A DNA stretch of 64,000 nucleotides from Candidatus Multivoradales bacterium. GTDB taxonomy: Bacteria > Acidobacteriota > Thermoanaerobaculia > Multivoradales > JAHEKO01. This document shows, in pieces, positions 9,256-21,406 of this stretch. Under the pieces are notes generated by a model. It saw only the letters and a list, made by a program, of their open reading frames with translations, searched no databases and was not told where the DNA came from. Where the stretch lies: positions 448,001 through 512,000 of the forward strand of contig CBDCXM010000008.1 in NCBI GenBank assembly GCA_965223855.1, written 5' to 3'. How positions within the stretch are numbered: position 1 is the first letter of the stretch; each line of letters starts with the position of its first letter. The position numbers and the translations under genes are program-made.

Positions 9256-10254
9256 CTAGACCTCCCGGCCAACGGCTCCGAGGGCGGAAGCGACCCCGGC
9301 GGCACCGACCGCGGAGGCGGCCAGCCACAACGGCAGGAACGGCAGGACGTGACGGGCGTAGACCGGCCCCGCCGCCAGCACGGGCAGCAGCAGGAGCGGC
9401 AGCCATGCGAAGCTCGCGCTCCTTCCCTGCCGCAGGGTCGCTCCGACCCCCATCCCTGCCAACAGGAACAGCAACGGACCGGCGGCACGCGCGGACTCGC
9501 GAGCGATCCGGACGAGCCCGGCCGGCCAGTCACGCCACAAGGAGCCGTCCGTCTCCTCCGAGACGCGCCGGACGCTCTCGACATCGCCCCCGGTGAGCCC
9601 TTCGCGCTGCGCAACGGACTGAGCGCGCACCCAGTCGAGCTTGCCGGACAGGGCCCACTCGCCGGTCGCCGCCCGCAGGTGGAGCAGCTGAGGCGACGCC
9701 AGCAGGACGACGACCGCCAGGGACGTGAGGGAGCGACGCAGCCTCTCTCCGGGGGCGACGAGGAGCCAGCAGACGGGGGCCAGCAGCAGTCCCTCGGGAC
9801 GTGCCAGGAAGGCCCACCCCGTTCCCACTGCCGCCAACGTCGGATCGCGCCGCAGGGCGGCGCCGGCGACGAGGAGCAACCCCATGGCCGCAAGGGTCTC
9901 GGGCTGCGCCCGATCCGCCGTCGTCAGCAGGCGGGGGTGGAGCGCAATCAGCGAGCCGGCGAGCCAGGCGACGCGGCGCCAGCGGGGCCACAACGCCCAG
10001 ACCACGAGCGGCGCAGCAGCGGCCGAGGCGAGCAACGAGACGACTTGTGAGGCGAAGGCGGGCGAAAGGCCCAGGGAGGCGAGCGCCGCGGCCAAAGCCG
10101 GCAGCAGAGGGGAAACCTGGATCTCGGCGCCCCCGGCTCGCGTGAAGCTGTCGCCCGCCGCGAGGTTCCCGGCAGCCTCGACATAGGCTCGCTCGTCACC
10201 GTTGAGGGCGTCGCTCCCCAGCAGGAGGGTCGCCACCCGCGCCACCACTGCCAC
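9256..10254 (-). CDS. Polytopic membrane protein, probable GT-C (ArnT/PMT-like) glycosyltransferase
   Basis: GDE..Y..AA.NL, PLLPAL, PETL, LARPEG, YARHVLPFLP and multiple TM segments. Start uncertain. Confidence 0.6.
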   Translation of the reverse strand: MAVVARVATLLLGSDALNGDERAYVEAAGNLAAGDSFTRAGGAEIQVSPLLPALAAALASLGLSPAFASQVVSLLASAAAAPLVVWALWPRWRRVAWLAGSLIALHPRLLTTADRAQPETLAAMGLLLVAGAALRRDPTLAAVGTGWAFLARPEGLLLAPVCWLLVAPGERLRRSLTSLAVVVLLASPQLLHLRAATGEWALSGKLDWVRAQSVAQREGLTGGDVESVRRVSEETDGSLWRDWPAGLVRIARESARAAGPLLFLLAGMGVGATLRQGRSASFAWLPLLLLPVLAAGPVYARHVLPFLPLWLAASAVGAAGVASALGAVGREV

Positions 10255-10298
10255 GGCGGCCAGAGCCAGGGCCGCGAACCGCGGGTCGAGGCGGTGCC

Positions 10299-10808
10299 TC
10301 AGTGCCGGATCCCGGTTCCGCCGGCGAGCCCTGGAACTCGCCCTCCGGCAAGCTCAACGGCATGCGGGATCGCGGGGAGTACCGCCTCCAGGCAGTCACG
10401 AAGGGCGCCCGGGCTCCCCGGCAGGTTGACGATCAGGGTGGACCCTCGCAGCCCCGCCACCTGGCGCGACAGGATCGCCGTCGGTACCCGCTCGACGGAG
10501 ACCGCTCTCATGCGCTCCCCGAAGCCCGGCAGGAGCCGATCGCAAACCGCCTCCGTCGCCTCGGGGGTGATGTCCCTGGGCGCCGGACCGGTGCCTCCGG
10601 TCGTCACGACGAAGGAGCAACCGACCTCGTCGCAAAGCCGCTCGAGGACTCTCCTGAGCTGCTCGACGTCGTCCTCGACGAGCCGGCGCTCGGCACTCCA
10701 CCCGGGCTCGAGCCGCTCGACGAGGAGCGTCTCCACGATAGGGCCGCTCTCGTCCTCGTACTCCCCCCGCGCCGCGCGATCCGAGACCGTCACGATACCG
10801 ATCCGCAT
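10299..10808 (-). CDS. mog: Molybdopterin adenylyltransferase
   Basis: IVTVSDRA..GEYED.SGP, TTGGTGPAPRDITPEAT, PGFGE.MR, LIVNLPGSP. Confidence 0.93.
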   Translation of the reverse strand: MRIGIVTVSDRAARGEYEDESGPIVETLLVERLEPGWSAERRLVEDDVEQLRRVLERLCDEVGCSFVVTTGGTGPAPRDITPEATEAVCDRLLPGFGERMRAVSVERVPTAILSRQVAGLRGSTLIVNLPGSPGALRDCLEAVLPAIPHAVELAGGRVPGLAGGTGIRH

Positions 10809-10819
10809 GGCGGGCATCA

Positions 10820-11002
10820 TAGCCTGAACCTCTCGCACCGCTGCTCCCTGGAAGGCCGTATGTTACTGAATCTACTGCGCTTCCCTGTCGCTGCGCTCCC
10901 TGAAGCAGCTACGGCTATGTCTCCGATGCTCGCGACCGGTAGCCCTTTATCTTCAGCAACCCGCGGCCTTCCAGGATGCGGCGGTGCGAGCAGTTCAGGC
11001 CG
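10820..11002. repeat. Palindromic MITE/RPE-like element, family 1, copy A
   Basis: Nested inverted arms GCCTGAAC/GTTCAGGC, CTCGCACCGCTGC/GCGGCGGTGCGAG and CCTGGAAGGCCG/CGGCCTTCCAGG. Homologous to the reverse complement of 56063-56260. Confidence 0.8.
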
Positions 11003-11007
11003 GCGAC

Positions 11008-12381
<1,374 letters not shown>

Positions 12382-12495
12382 GCCTCGGATGTTGGCTCAA
12401 GGTGCCTCTGTCGACAAGCCCCGACTTCTTCGAACCTGGCAGCAGACGTCGCCTCCCGCCGAACTCGACGCGACGGTACCCGGGTGCCGCTGCCC

Positions 12496-14837
12496 TTACG
12501 GCCCGTCAATCCGGTCGAGAGCCTCCAGTGCCGTCAGCAGGGAGTCGACGGCGGTGGAGCGGCGATCGAGTACGAGATCGGCTCCAGCGTCTTCATCGCC
12601 CTGAAGGGCGTCAGCGGCCACCTCGACCTGCTCGGCGACGGCCCCCAGGATCGGCAGCCAACCCGACTCCACAGCCGCGGGGAGCGCGACCAGCCACTGC
12701 AGGAGGATCTTCGCCCCCTCGAGCTCCGATCGGCAGGACGAGAGGGCACGGCAGTCCTCGACATCGGCGACCGCCTCCCGAACTTCGAGCCGCAGTCTCT
12801 CGACGACCTCCCCGGGCGCCTGCTCGGGTACCGAGAACACGTAGACCTCCTGCGAGGCAGTCGATGTGTTGCCGTGCGCGTCGTCAGCAGTCCAGACCAC
12901 GGTCGAAAGTCCAGCCGGGAAGCGAGAGTCGGCCGGCCCGTCGTGACGCACGAACACCCGGTCGCTGCAGGTATCGGACGCCGCGGCCTCGCCGAGGTCG
13001 ACTCGAAACGGCGCTCCGGTCGTCGCCAACGCGTACACGGTGGGAGGTGGGGCATGAAAGGGGGTTCGGAGTCGAGCACCTGCACGATCAGGGAATCCGT
13101 ACTGACGACTCCGGCACTGTCTTCGACCGCGAGCGTCATGTGGTGGAGGCCGAAGTCGAGATGGCGCGGCCACAGAGTCACCCTGGATCCAGCGCCCAGG
13201 AAGCGTTCGCCGAGTTGAGCGTAGTCCTCCCACCACTCGTAGGCGGTCGGGGGAAGCGAGGCGTAAATGTCGAACGAGCCTGCGGCGTCGAGGACAATCG
13301 GGTCCCTGTTCCTACCCTCGACGCACTCGGAGTGCGCCTTCGACTCGCGCGTATCCGCCACCGGAGCGAAGTTCTCGAACCTGCCGGTCAGGTCGACCAG
13401 AAGCTCGACCGTAGCCGGGTCTCCATCGACTTCCACGGCTGCCCGAACCGGCCCGCCGCGAAGGCGGAACGAGCGCTGGGTGTGATCGACCAGAATCGAC
13501 ATCGCCAGATTGGTCCCCGACGCGACCGTCCACTGCCCGTCCTGGCGAGCGCCCAGTTCGGCCTCCATCGCTCCGGGAGCGATTCGATAGCGATCGCATG
13601 GACTCGCAACCAGTGGCGGACTGTCGGCGCAGGCTGCGTCGAAGGGAGAGCCGAGCACCAGCGACAGATCCTCGAACCCTCCGATCGAGCCGATGCTCAG
13701 GGCGATGCTCCGAACCGAGAGCTTCTGCAGCAGCTGCCCTGCATCGAACTCAGGCTCGAAGTGAAGTCGTCCGGAGACCGCTCGAACATAGTGCCGACCC
13801 TGCACCTGCACTCTCGCCAGAGAAGTTGCCGGCTCGAAGACGACCTCCGAATGCCTGAGAAAGCGGTTCGCCGGGACGGAGAGCGGCGAGGTCTTCGCCT
13901 GGTCGGCCGGGCAGCTGCCGATTCGCAGGCACTCAGCCTGCGGCACTGCGCATTGAAACGCCGGCAGTTGCGAGAACACCTCGTTGCAGCTCGCTACCGC
14001 CTTGGTCTGCATCTGAGAGATGAAGGCCAGGTCGAAGGCGCCGCCGACCCTGGGCACCGCGTAGCAGTCCTCCGCCACGTGCAGGGAATGGGCATTGACG
14101 CCGCAGGGCCCGGGCCGGGTTCGGGGCTTGAGCAGCACCACGTACATCGCGCGATCGGCGACCGTCAGCCCCGCAGGGAACTGGGGATTGCCGGCGGAGT
14201 TCCCAGGAATCGCGAGCTCGGCGGCCGTCGCGACCCGTCGCTTGTAGAGATCGAGATCGACGGTCTGCCCCGCCGGAGCTCCGGCCGTGCGGTCGGGGAA
14301 GGTGGTCCTCAGAGTGTGATTGGACCCGTCGAGAGGATTCACTACCGGCACGAAGTCCGCACTCAGCCAGGCGGGGGCGACCGTGGCCCTCGAGTCGTAG
14401 GCGACGAAGAGCTCACCCAGGGGAGATGTGCCGCTGACCGGCGTCGGCCTGAAGACGAAATGCTGGGCTGCAGTGGAGCCGGAGTCCGCCTGCCGGGTCT
14501 GGACGAGACTCGCACCCGCGAGACCCGGATCGCTCGAACCGAGTACCGTGAAGTTTCCGGGGTCGCAATAGAGCTGGGCTCCGCTGATCGAACCAGCCTG
14601 CTGCTGGTAGCAGGAGCTACCCGGAGCCGGCGTCGGCTGGAGGGTCGAGATCGTCAGCGGGCTCGGAACGGGCGGGCACTTCAGCACCGGAACCCGACAC
14701 TGCATCTTGTCGGCCGACTGCTCTCCGACGATCCCGACCGCGCAGCCGGAGGCTACGAGGGCGACGACAGCGCAGAAGGCACGCACGAGGCCTCTGGCGT
14801 CACTTTCAGCGAATCGGTCCGGCGTGGTCACTTCCAT
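12496..14837 (-). pseudogene. Large Cys-rich putative lipoprotein with PKD/Ig-like and HYR domains, split by one frameshift near 13060
   Basis: Lipobox-like LVASGC. Ig-like unit NFAPVAD...IVLDAAGSFD...MTLAVEDSAG...VQVLD. A HYR-like unit (ASDTCS...FPAGLSTVVWTADDAHGNTSTASQEV) continues in the -1 frame. Confidence 0.6.
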
Positions 14838-14990
14838 CACACTTCCCTCCAGAGTCCTTCGAGGAGGAGTCTCAGTCGGACTCCCTGTGTCCGGATTCGG
14901 GGCCACGCGAACCAGCCTCATTCCTCTTGGGCGCGTGCCCGCAGCGGAGCGTTACAGCGCGCCCGGACACCCCGCACTCCGACGACGACC

Positions 14991-14999
14991 TGTTATCCT
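14991..14999 (+). promoter_or_regulatory. Extended -10 promoter (TGnTATCCT) of a leaderless leader ORF upstream of ileS
   Basis: TG-T-TATCCT, with ATG 15006 six nt downstream and no Shine-Dalgarno. Confidence 0.55.
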
Positions 15000-15005
15000 C
15001 GGAAC

Positions 15006-15056
15006 ATGCTGGATTCCACAGCGAACCCCGCAATCTCGATTCCTCAGCGCAACTGA
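15006..15056 (+). CDS. Putative ileS leader peptide MLDSTANPAISIPQRN
   Basis: 16-codon ORF with Ile codons ATC and ATT near the 3' end, lying between a -10 box and a hairpin. Confidence 0.5.
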   Translation: MLDSTANPAISIPQRN

Positions 15057-15080
15057 GCGAGGCGAAGCACCACCGATACC

Positions 15081-15109
15081 AACGGCCTCGCTTCCCGCGA
15101 GGCCGTTTT
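15081..15109 (+). terminator. Attenuator-like hairpin upstream of ileS
   Basis: Perfect 11-bp stem AACGGCCTCGC-ttccc-GCGAGGCCGTT ending in a short T run. Confidence 0.65.
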
Positions 15110-15125
15110 GCATGGGCTTGATACG

Positions 15126-17948
15126 ATGACCGAAGAGACCTCCACCGTCGACGCAGCCAAGGAGCGCAAGAAGCGCTACAAGAAGAGCCTCAATCTGCCG
15201 AAGACCGCCTTCCCCATGAAGGCGAACCTCGGTCAGAACGAGCCGCAGTCGCAGAAGCGCTGGGACGCCCTCGACCTCTACTCCGCCGCGCTCGAGGCGC
15301 GCGCCGGTGCCGAGCCGTTCGTCTTCCACGACGGCCCGCCCTACGCCAACGGCTCCATCCACGTCGGCCACCTGCTCAACCGGGTGCTCAAGGACTTCGT
15401 CGTCCGCACCCGGCTGCTCGCCGGAAGGCACTGCCCCTTCATTCCCGGCTGGGACTGCCACGGCCTGCCGATCGAGCACAAGGTGATGACCGAGCTGCAG
15501 GAGAAGGGCAAGCTCGACAGGCTCAACGCTCTCGACGACGACTCCCGCCGGATGGCGATCCGGCGGGAGTGCCGTCGCGACGCCGAGAAGTACCAGAAGC
15601 TCCAGACGCAGCAGATGCGTCGCTTGTCGACGCTCGCAGACTACGAGCACCCCTACCTGACGATGAGCCCGGAGTTCGAGCGCGCGGCGCTCGAGGTGTT
15701 CGCCGCGATGGTCGAACAGGGGCTCGTCTACCGCGACCTCAAGCCGGTGCACTGGTCGATCGCCAACGAGACCGCGCTCGCCGAGGCGGAGCTCGAGTAC
15801 TTCGATCGCACCGACCCTTCCGTCTTCGTCGCCTTCGAGGCCGAGGACGCCGCTGAGCTCGGGCACCTGTTCGACGTCGAGATCGACGAGCCGGTGTCGT
15901 TCCTCATCTGGACGACCACACCGTGGACGCTCCCTGCCAACCTGCTGATCGCCGCCCACAAGGACTTCAAGTACGCCCTCGGTCGGCTCGACGGGCGGCT
16001 GCTGGTGGTCGCCGACGAGCTCTCCTCCAGGGTTGCCGACCTCGCCGGTGCGAGCTTCGACAAGCTCGGTGAGGCGACCGGCTTCGAGCTCGCCGGCCAG
16101 AGCTACCGTCACCCGTTCATCGACCGCCGCGGACGGATCGTCAACGCCGCCTACGTCACTCTCGAGGACGGTACCGGCCTCGTCCACACCGCCCCCGGCC
16201 ACGGTCACGACGACTACCAGACCGGTCTCGCCGAAGGGACCGAGATCTACTCGCCGGTGCAGGGCGACGGTACGTTCGACGACTCGGTGCCCGAGTGGCT
16301 CCGCGGCCGCTCGGTGTGGGAAGCCAACGAGCTCATTCCCGAGCGACTCGCCGAGTCGGGCCACCTCGTCGCCGCCGAGGACTACCATCACTCCTACCCC
16401 CACGACTGGCGCTCCAAGACCCCGGTGATCTTCCGTGCCACGGAGCAGTGGTTCGCGGCCGTCGACAAGCCGGCCGAGCGCGACGGCCGATCGCTCCGGG
16501 AGGCGGCCCTCGCCGCCACCGCGGAGACGATCGACTTCATCCCCGCGTGGGGCTCCAAGAGGATGAACGGCATGCTCGAGTCGCGCCCGGACTGGTGCCT
16601 GTCGCGCCAGCGCTCGTGGGGACTGCCGATCCCCGCCTTCCGGACTGCCGATGGCGCCATCTTCCTGACGACCGCCTCCACCCGCGCGGTTGCCGCCGCG
16701 ATCGGCCGCGAAGGGAGCGACGCCTGGTTCCTGCGCTCACCGGCGGAGCTGCTGGCGGACTACGACCCTGCTTCGGACCCCGACGCCCCGGACGGCCTCG
16801 ACCCCTCCTCGCTCACCAAAATGTACGACATCTTCGACGTCTGGTTCGAGTCGGGGTCGTCGTGGAGTGAGCCGATGGTCGGCCGCGGATCGAGCTACCC
16901 GGTCGATCTCTACCTCGAAGGCTCCGATCAGCATCGCGGCTGGTTTCAGTCGTCGCTCCTGTGCGGCCTCGGCGCACGGGGTGAGGCGCCCTACAAGGCC
17001 CTCCTGACCCACGGCTTCATGGTCGACAAGGAGGGGAAGAAAATGTCGAAGTCGGGCGGCAACGCGCTGGAGGTCGAGGAACTCCTGCGCGACTTCGGCA
17101 CCGACGTCTGCCGCTGGTGGGTGAGCTCGCTCGCCTACGAGAACGACATCAAGGTCGACATGGAGTTCTTCCAGCTCGCCGGCGAGAGCTATCGCAAGGT
17201 GAGAAACACTCTGCGCTTCCTGCTCTCCAACCTCTCCGACTTCGACCCGCAGTCGAGCGCCGATCTCGAAACGCTCGACCCGACTACCCTCGACGCCTGG
17301 GCGCTCGAGCAGGCGACCGAGCTGCGGGCGAAGGTGATGGGGGCCTACGAGCGCTACGAGTTCCGGCGGGCTCACCTCCTGCTGTTCGACTTCTGCAACG
17401 ACACTCTGTCGTCGTTCTACCTCGACGCGCTCAAGGACCGCCTCTACTGCGACCGCCCCGACTCCGAGCGCCGGCTCCGGGCGCAGAGCGTGATGTGGAA
17501 GCTCACCGAGCTCCTGTCGACGCTTCTTGCGCCGCTGCTCCCCCACACTGCCGACGAAGCGTGGCGCGAGCTTCACGGCGAGGACGCCTGCGTCCATCTC
17601 GAGACCGCCACACGGCTGTTCGGCAGCGCCGATCCCGACTGGGCGGAGGTCGTCGCCGCGCGCGAGGCGGCGCTCAAGGCGCTCGAGAACTCCGACATCG
17701 AGAACAAGCTCGACGCCGGCCTGCGGCTCGCCGATCCCGACGGCACGCTCGCCCGCTTCGCCCCCGACCTGCCGAGCGCCTTCGGTGTCTCCCGCGTTCA
17801 GCTCGACGGCGAAGGGCCCCCCGAGGTGCTCGACCTGCGCGGCGAGCCGCGCTGCGAGCGCTCGTGGTTGCGCGACGGCACGGTGAGCGAACGCGAGGAC
17901 GGCGGCTGGCTGAGCGACCGCGACGCCGAAGCAGCCGGCGTCAGCTAG
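15126..17948 (+). CDS. ileS: Isoleucine--tRNA ligase
   Basis: HDGPPYANGSIHVGH, PGWDCHGLPIE, IWTTTPWTLPAN, GTGLVHTAPGHG, EGSDQHRGWF, KMSKS. Confidence 0.98.
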   Translation: MTEETSTVDAAKERKKRYKKSLNLPKTAFPMKANLGQNEPQSQKRWDALDLYSAALEARAGAEPFVFHDGPPYANGSIHVGHLLNRVLKDFVVRTRLLAGRHCPFIPGWDCHGLPIEHKVMTELQEKGKLDRLNALDDDSRRMAIRRECRRDAEKYQKLQTQQMRRLSTLADYEHPYLTMSPEFERAALEVFAAMVEQGLVYRDLKPVHWSIANETALAEAELEYFDRTDPSVFVAFEAEDAAELGHLFDVEIDEPVSFLIWTTTPWTLPANLLIAAHKDFKYALGRLDGRLLVVADELSSRVADLAGASFDKLGEATGFELAGQSYRHPFIDRRGRIVNAAYVTLEDGTGLVHTAPGHGHDDYQTGLAEGTEIYSPVQGDGTFDDSVPEWLRGRSVWEANELIPERLAESGHLVAAEDYHHSYPHDWRSKTPVIFRATEQWFAAVDKPAERDGRSLREAALAATAETIDFIPAWGSKRMNGMLESRPDWCLSRQRSWGLPIPAFRTADGAIFLTTASTRAVAAAIGREGSDAWFLRSPAELLADYDPASDPDAPDGLDPSSLTKMYDIFDVWFESGSSWSEPMVGRGSSYPVDLYLEGSDQHRGWFQSSLLCGLGARGEAPYKALLTHGFMVDKEGKKMSKSGGNALEVEELLRDFGTDVCRWWVSSLAYENDIKVDMEFFQLAGESYRKVRNTLRFLLSNLSDFDPQSSADLETLDPTTLDAWALEQATELRAKVMGAYERYEFRRAHLLLFDFCNDTLSSFYLDALKDRLYCDRPDSERRLRAQSVMWKLTELLSTLLAPLLPHTADEAWRELHGEDACVHLETATRLFGSADPDWAEVVAAREAALKALENSDIENKLDAGLRLADPDGTLARFAPDLPSAFGVSRVQLDGEGPPEVLDLRGEPRCERSWLRDGTVSEREDGGWLSDRDAEAAGVS

Positions 17949-18592
17949 CGCTCAGGCTCTACCTCGGAGGCGACCTCGAACTCGATCAGCTCCACCGGGA
18001 TCACCATGTTGCCGGAGATCCGCACCATCAGGTTGACCCCGGTCACCGGATTGCCGTTGGTGTTGTACCAGGCCCTCTGCCTGCCGTGGAACCCCTGACC
18101 GTTGGTGGTCGCCGAGCGTCCTCCCACGCTGCCGAAGGCGTCGAAGCCGAGCGCCAGGCCGACGAACTTCGGAATCTCGAAAGGCACCGAGACCGAAACC
18201 GCGTTGAAGGCGTAAGGCTGCGGGTCCAGCACCGTGATCCCGGTGCTCATCGTCCCGTAGGCCCTTCCGAAAACGACCAGCGCGTCGTCGTAGAGGCCGA
18301 GCGCGCCCTGGTACCAGGAGACGCCGGTGATCGTCCCGCTGCTCAGGTTCTGCCCGTTCTGCGTGGCGAAGACGTTGCCGTAGTACCCCGCGTCGTAGCT
18401 GGGGCCGTTGCGGTAGAAGTCGTCGGCGGGAGCGCCCGGGTCGTAGCGCACCACGCCGGTCCCTTCGAGCGGGCCCCGCCGGAGAGTCGGGTTCAGCGAG
18501 CGGTCGAGGTTCCGCGGGCGCTCGTCGGCAGCGCCAACCGTGAGGCTGCAGCAGACGGCGAAGAGGAGCGCGATGAGTGGGCGACTCTTCAT
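17945..18592 (-). CDS. Secreted hypothetical protein with C-terminal IPVELIEFEV motif
   Basis: Sec signal MKSRPLIALLFAVCCSLTVGA; YDPGAP; NLMVRISG...IPVELIEFEV. Confidence 0.75.
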   Translation of the reverse strand: MKSRPLIALLFAVCCSLTVGAADERPRNLDRSLNPTLRRGPLEGTGVVRYDPGAPADDFYRNGPSYDAGYYGNVFATQNGQNLSSGTITGVSWYQGALGLYDDALVVFGRAYGTMSTGITVLDPQPYAFNAVSVSVPFEIPKFVGLALGFDAFGSVGGRSATTNGQGFHGRQRAWYNTNGNPVTGVNLMVRISGNMVIPVELIEFEVASEVEPER

Positions 18593-18597
18593 CTCGA

Positions 18598-18740
18598 AGT
18601 TTCGGTGACAGGTTACCTTTCCCGGGGGCGTCGGTGGGAGTTCGAGATAAGTAACCTGTCACCGAAACTCCCCCGGTGGGAGTTCGAGATAAGTAACCTG
18701 TCACCGAAACTCCACACCGAAACTCCTGTCACCGAAACTC
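18598..18740. repeat. REP-like cluster of GTAACCTGTCACCGAAACTC (family 3): inverted pair, 42-nt-period direct repeat and truncated copies
   Basis: AGTTTCGGTGACAGGTTAC at about 18599-18617 is inverted relative to 18651-18669. GGTGGGAGTTCGAGATAAGTAACCTGTCACCGAAACTCC occurs at 18633 and 18675. Partial copies continue to 18740. Confidence 0.9.
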
Positions 18741-18746
18741 TCCGTG

Positions 18747-18775
18747 TTGCACCCTCCCCCGGCTGCCGCTAACCT
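18747..18775 (+). promoter_or_regulatory. Putative sigma70 promoter of leuS
   Basis: TTGCAC-17 nt-TAACCT, 26 nt before the ATG. Confidence 0.5.
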
Positions 18776-18801
18776 CGCCCGGCGCTTTCCAAGGGGTACC
18801 C

Positions 18802-21342
<2,541 letters not shown>

Positions 21343-21406
21343 GGGGGGCGGCCGGAGGAGGTTCGAGCCGGCCTCCGACCGGCGCCGCGGCTGATAGCGT
21401 CTCACA

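Noticed and set aside
14925-15125. T-box riboswitch upstream of ileS
   Set aside because: No GGTGGTACCGCG/TGGNACC T-box sequence or recognisable stem I was found; the leader-peptide model fits better.
18598-18740. Possible mini CRISPR array
   Set aside because: The sequence between repeats is itself duplicated rather than unique, copies occur in both orientations, and no cas genes are present.
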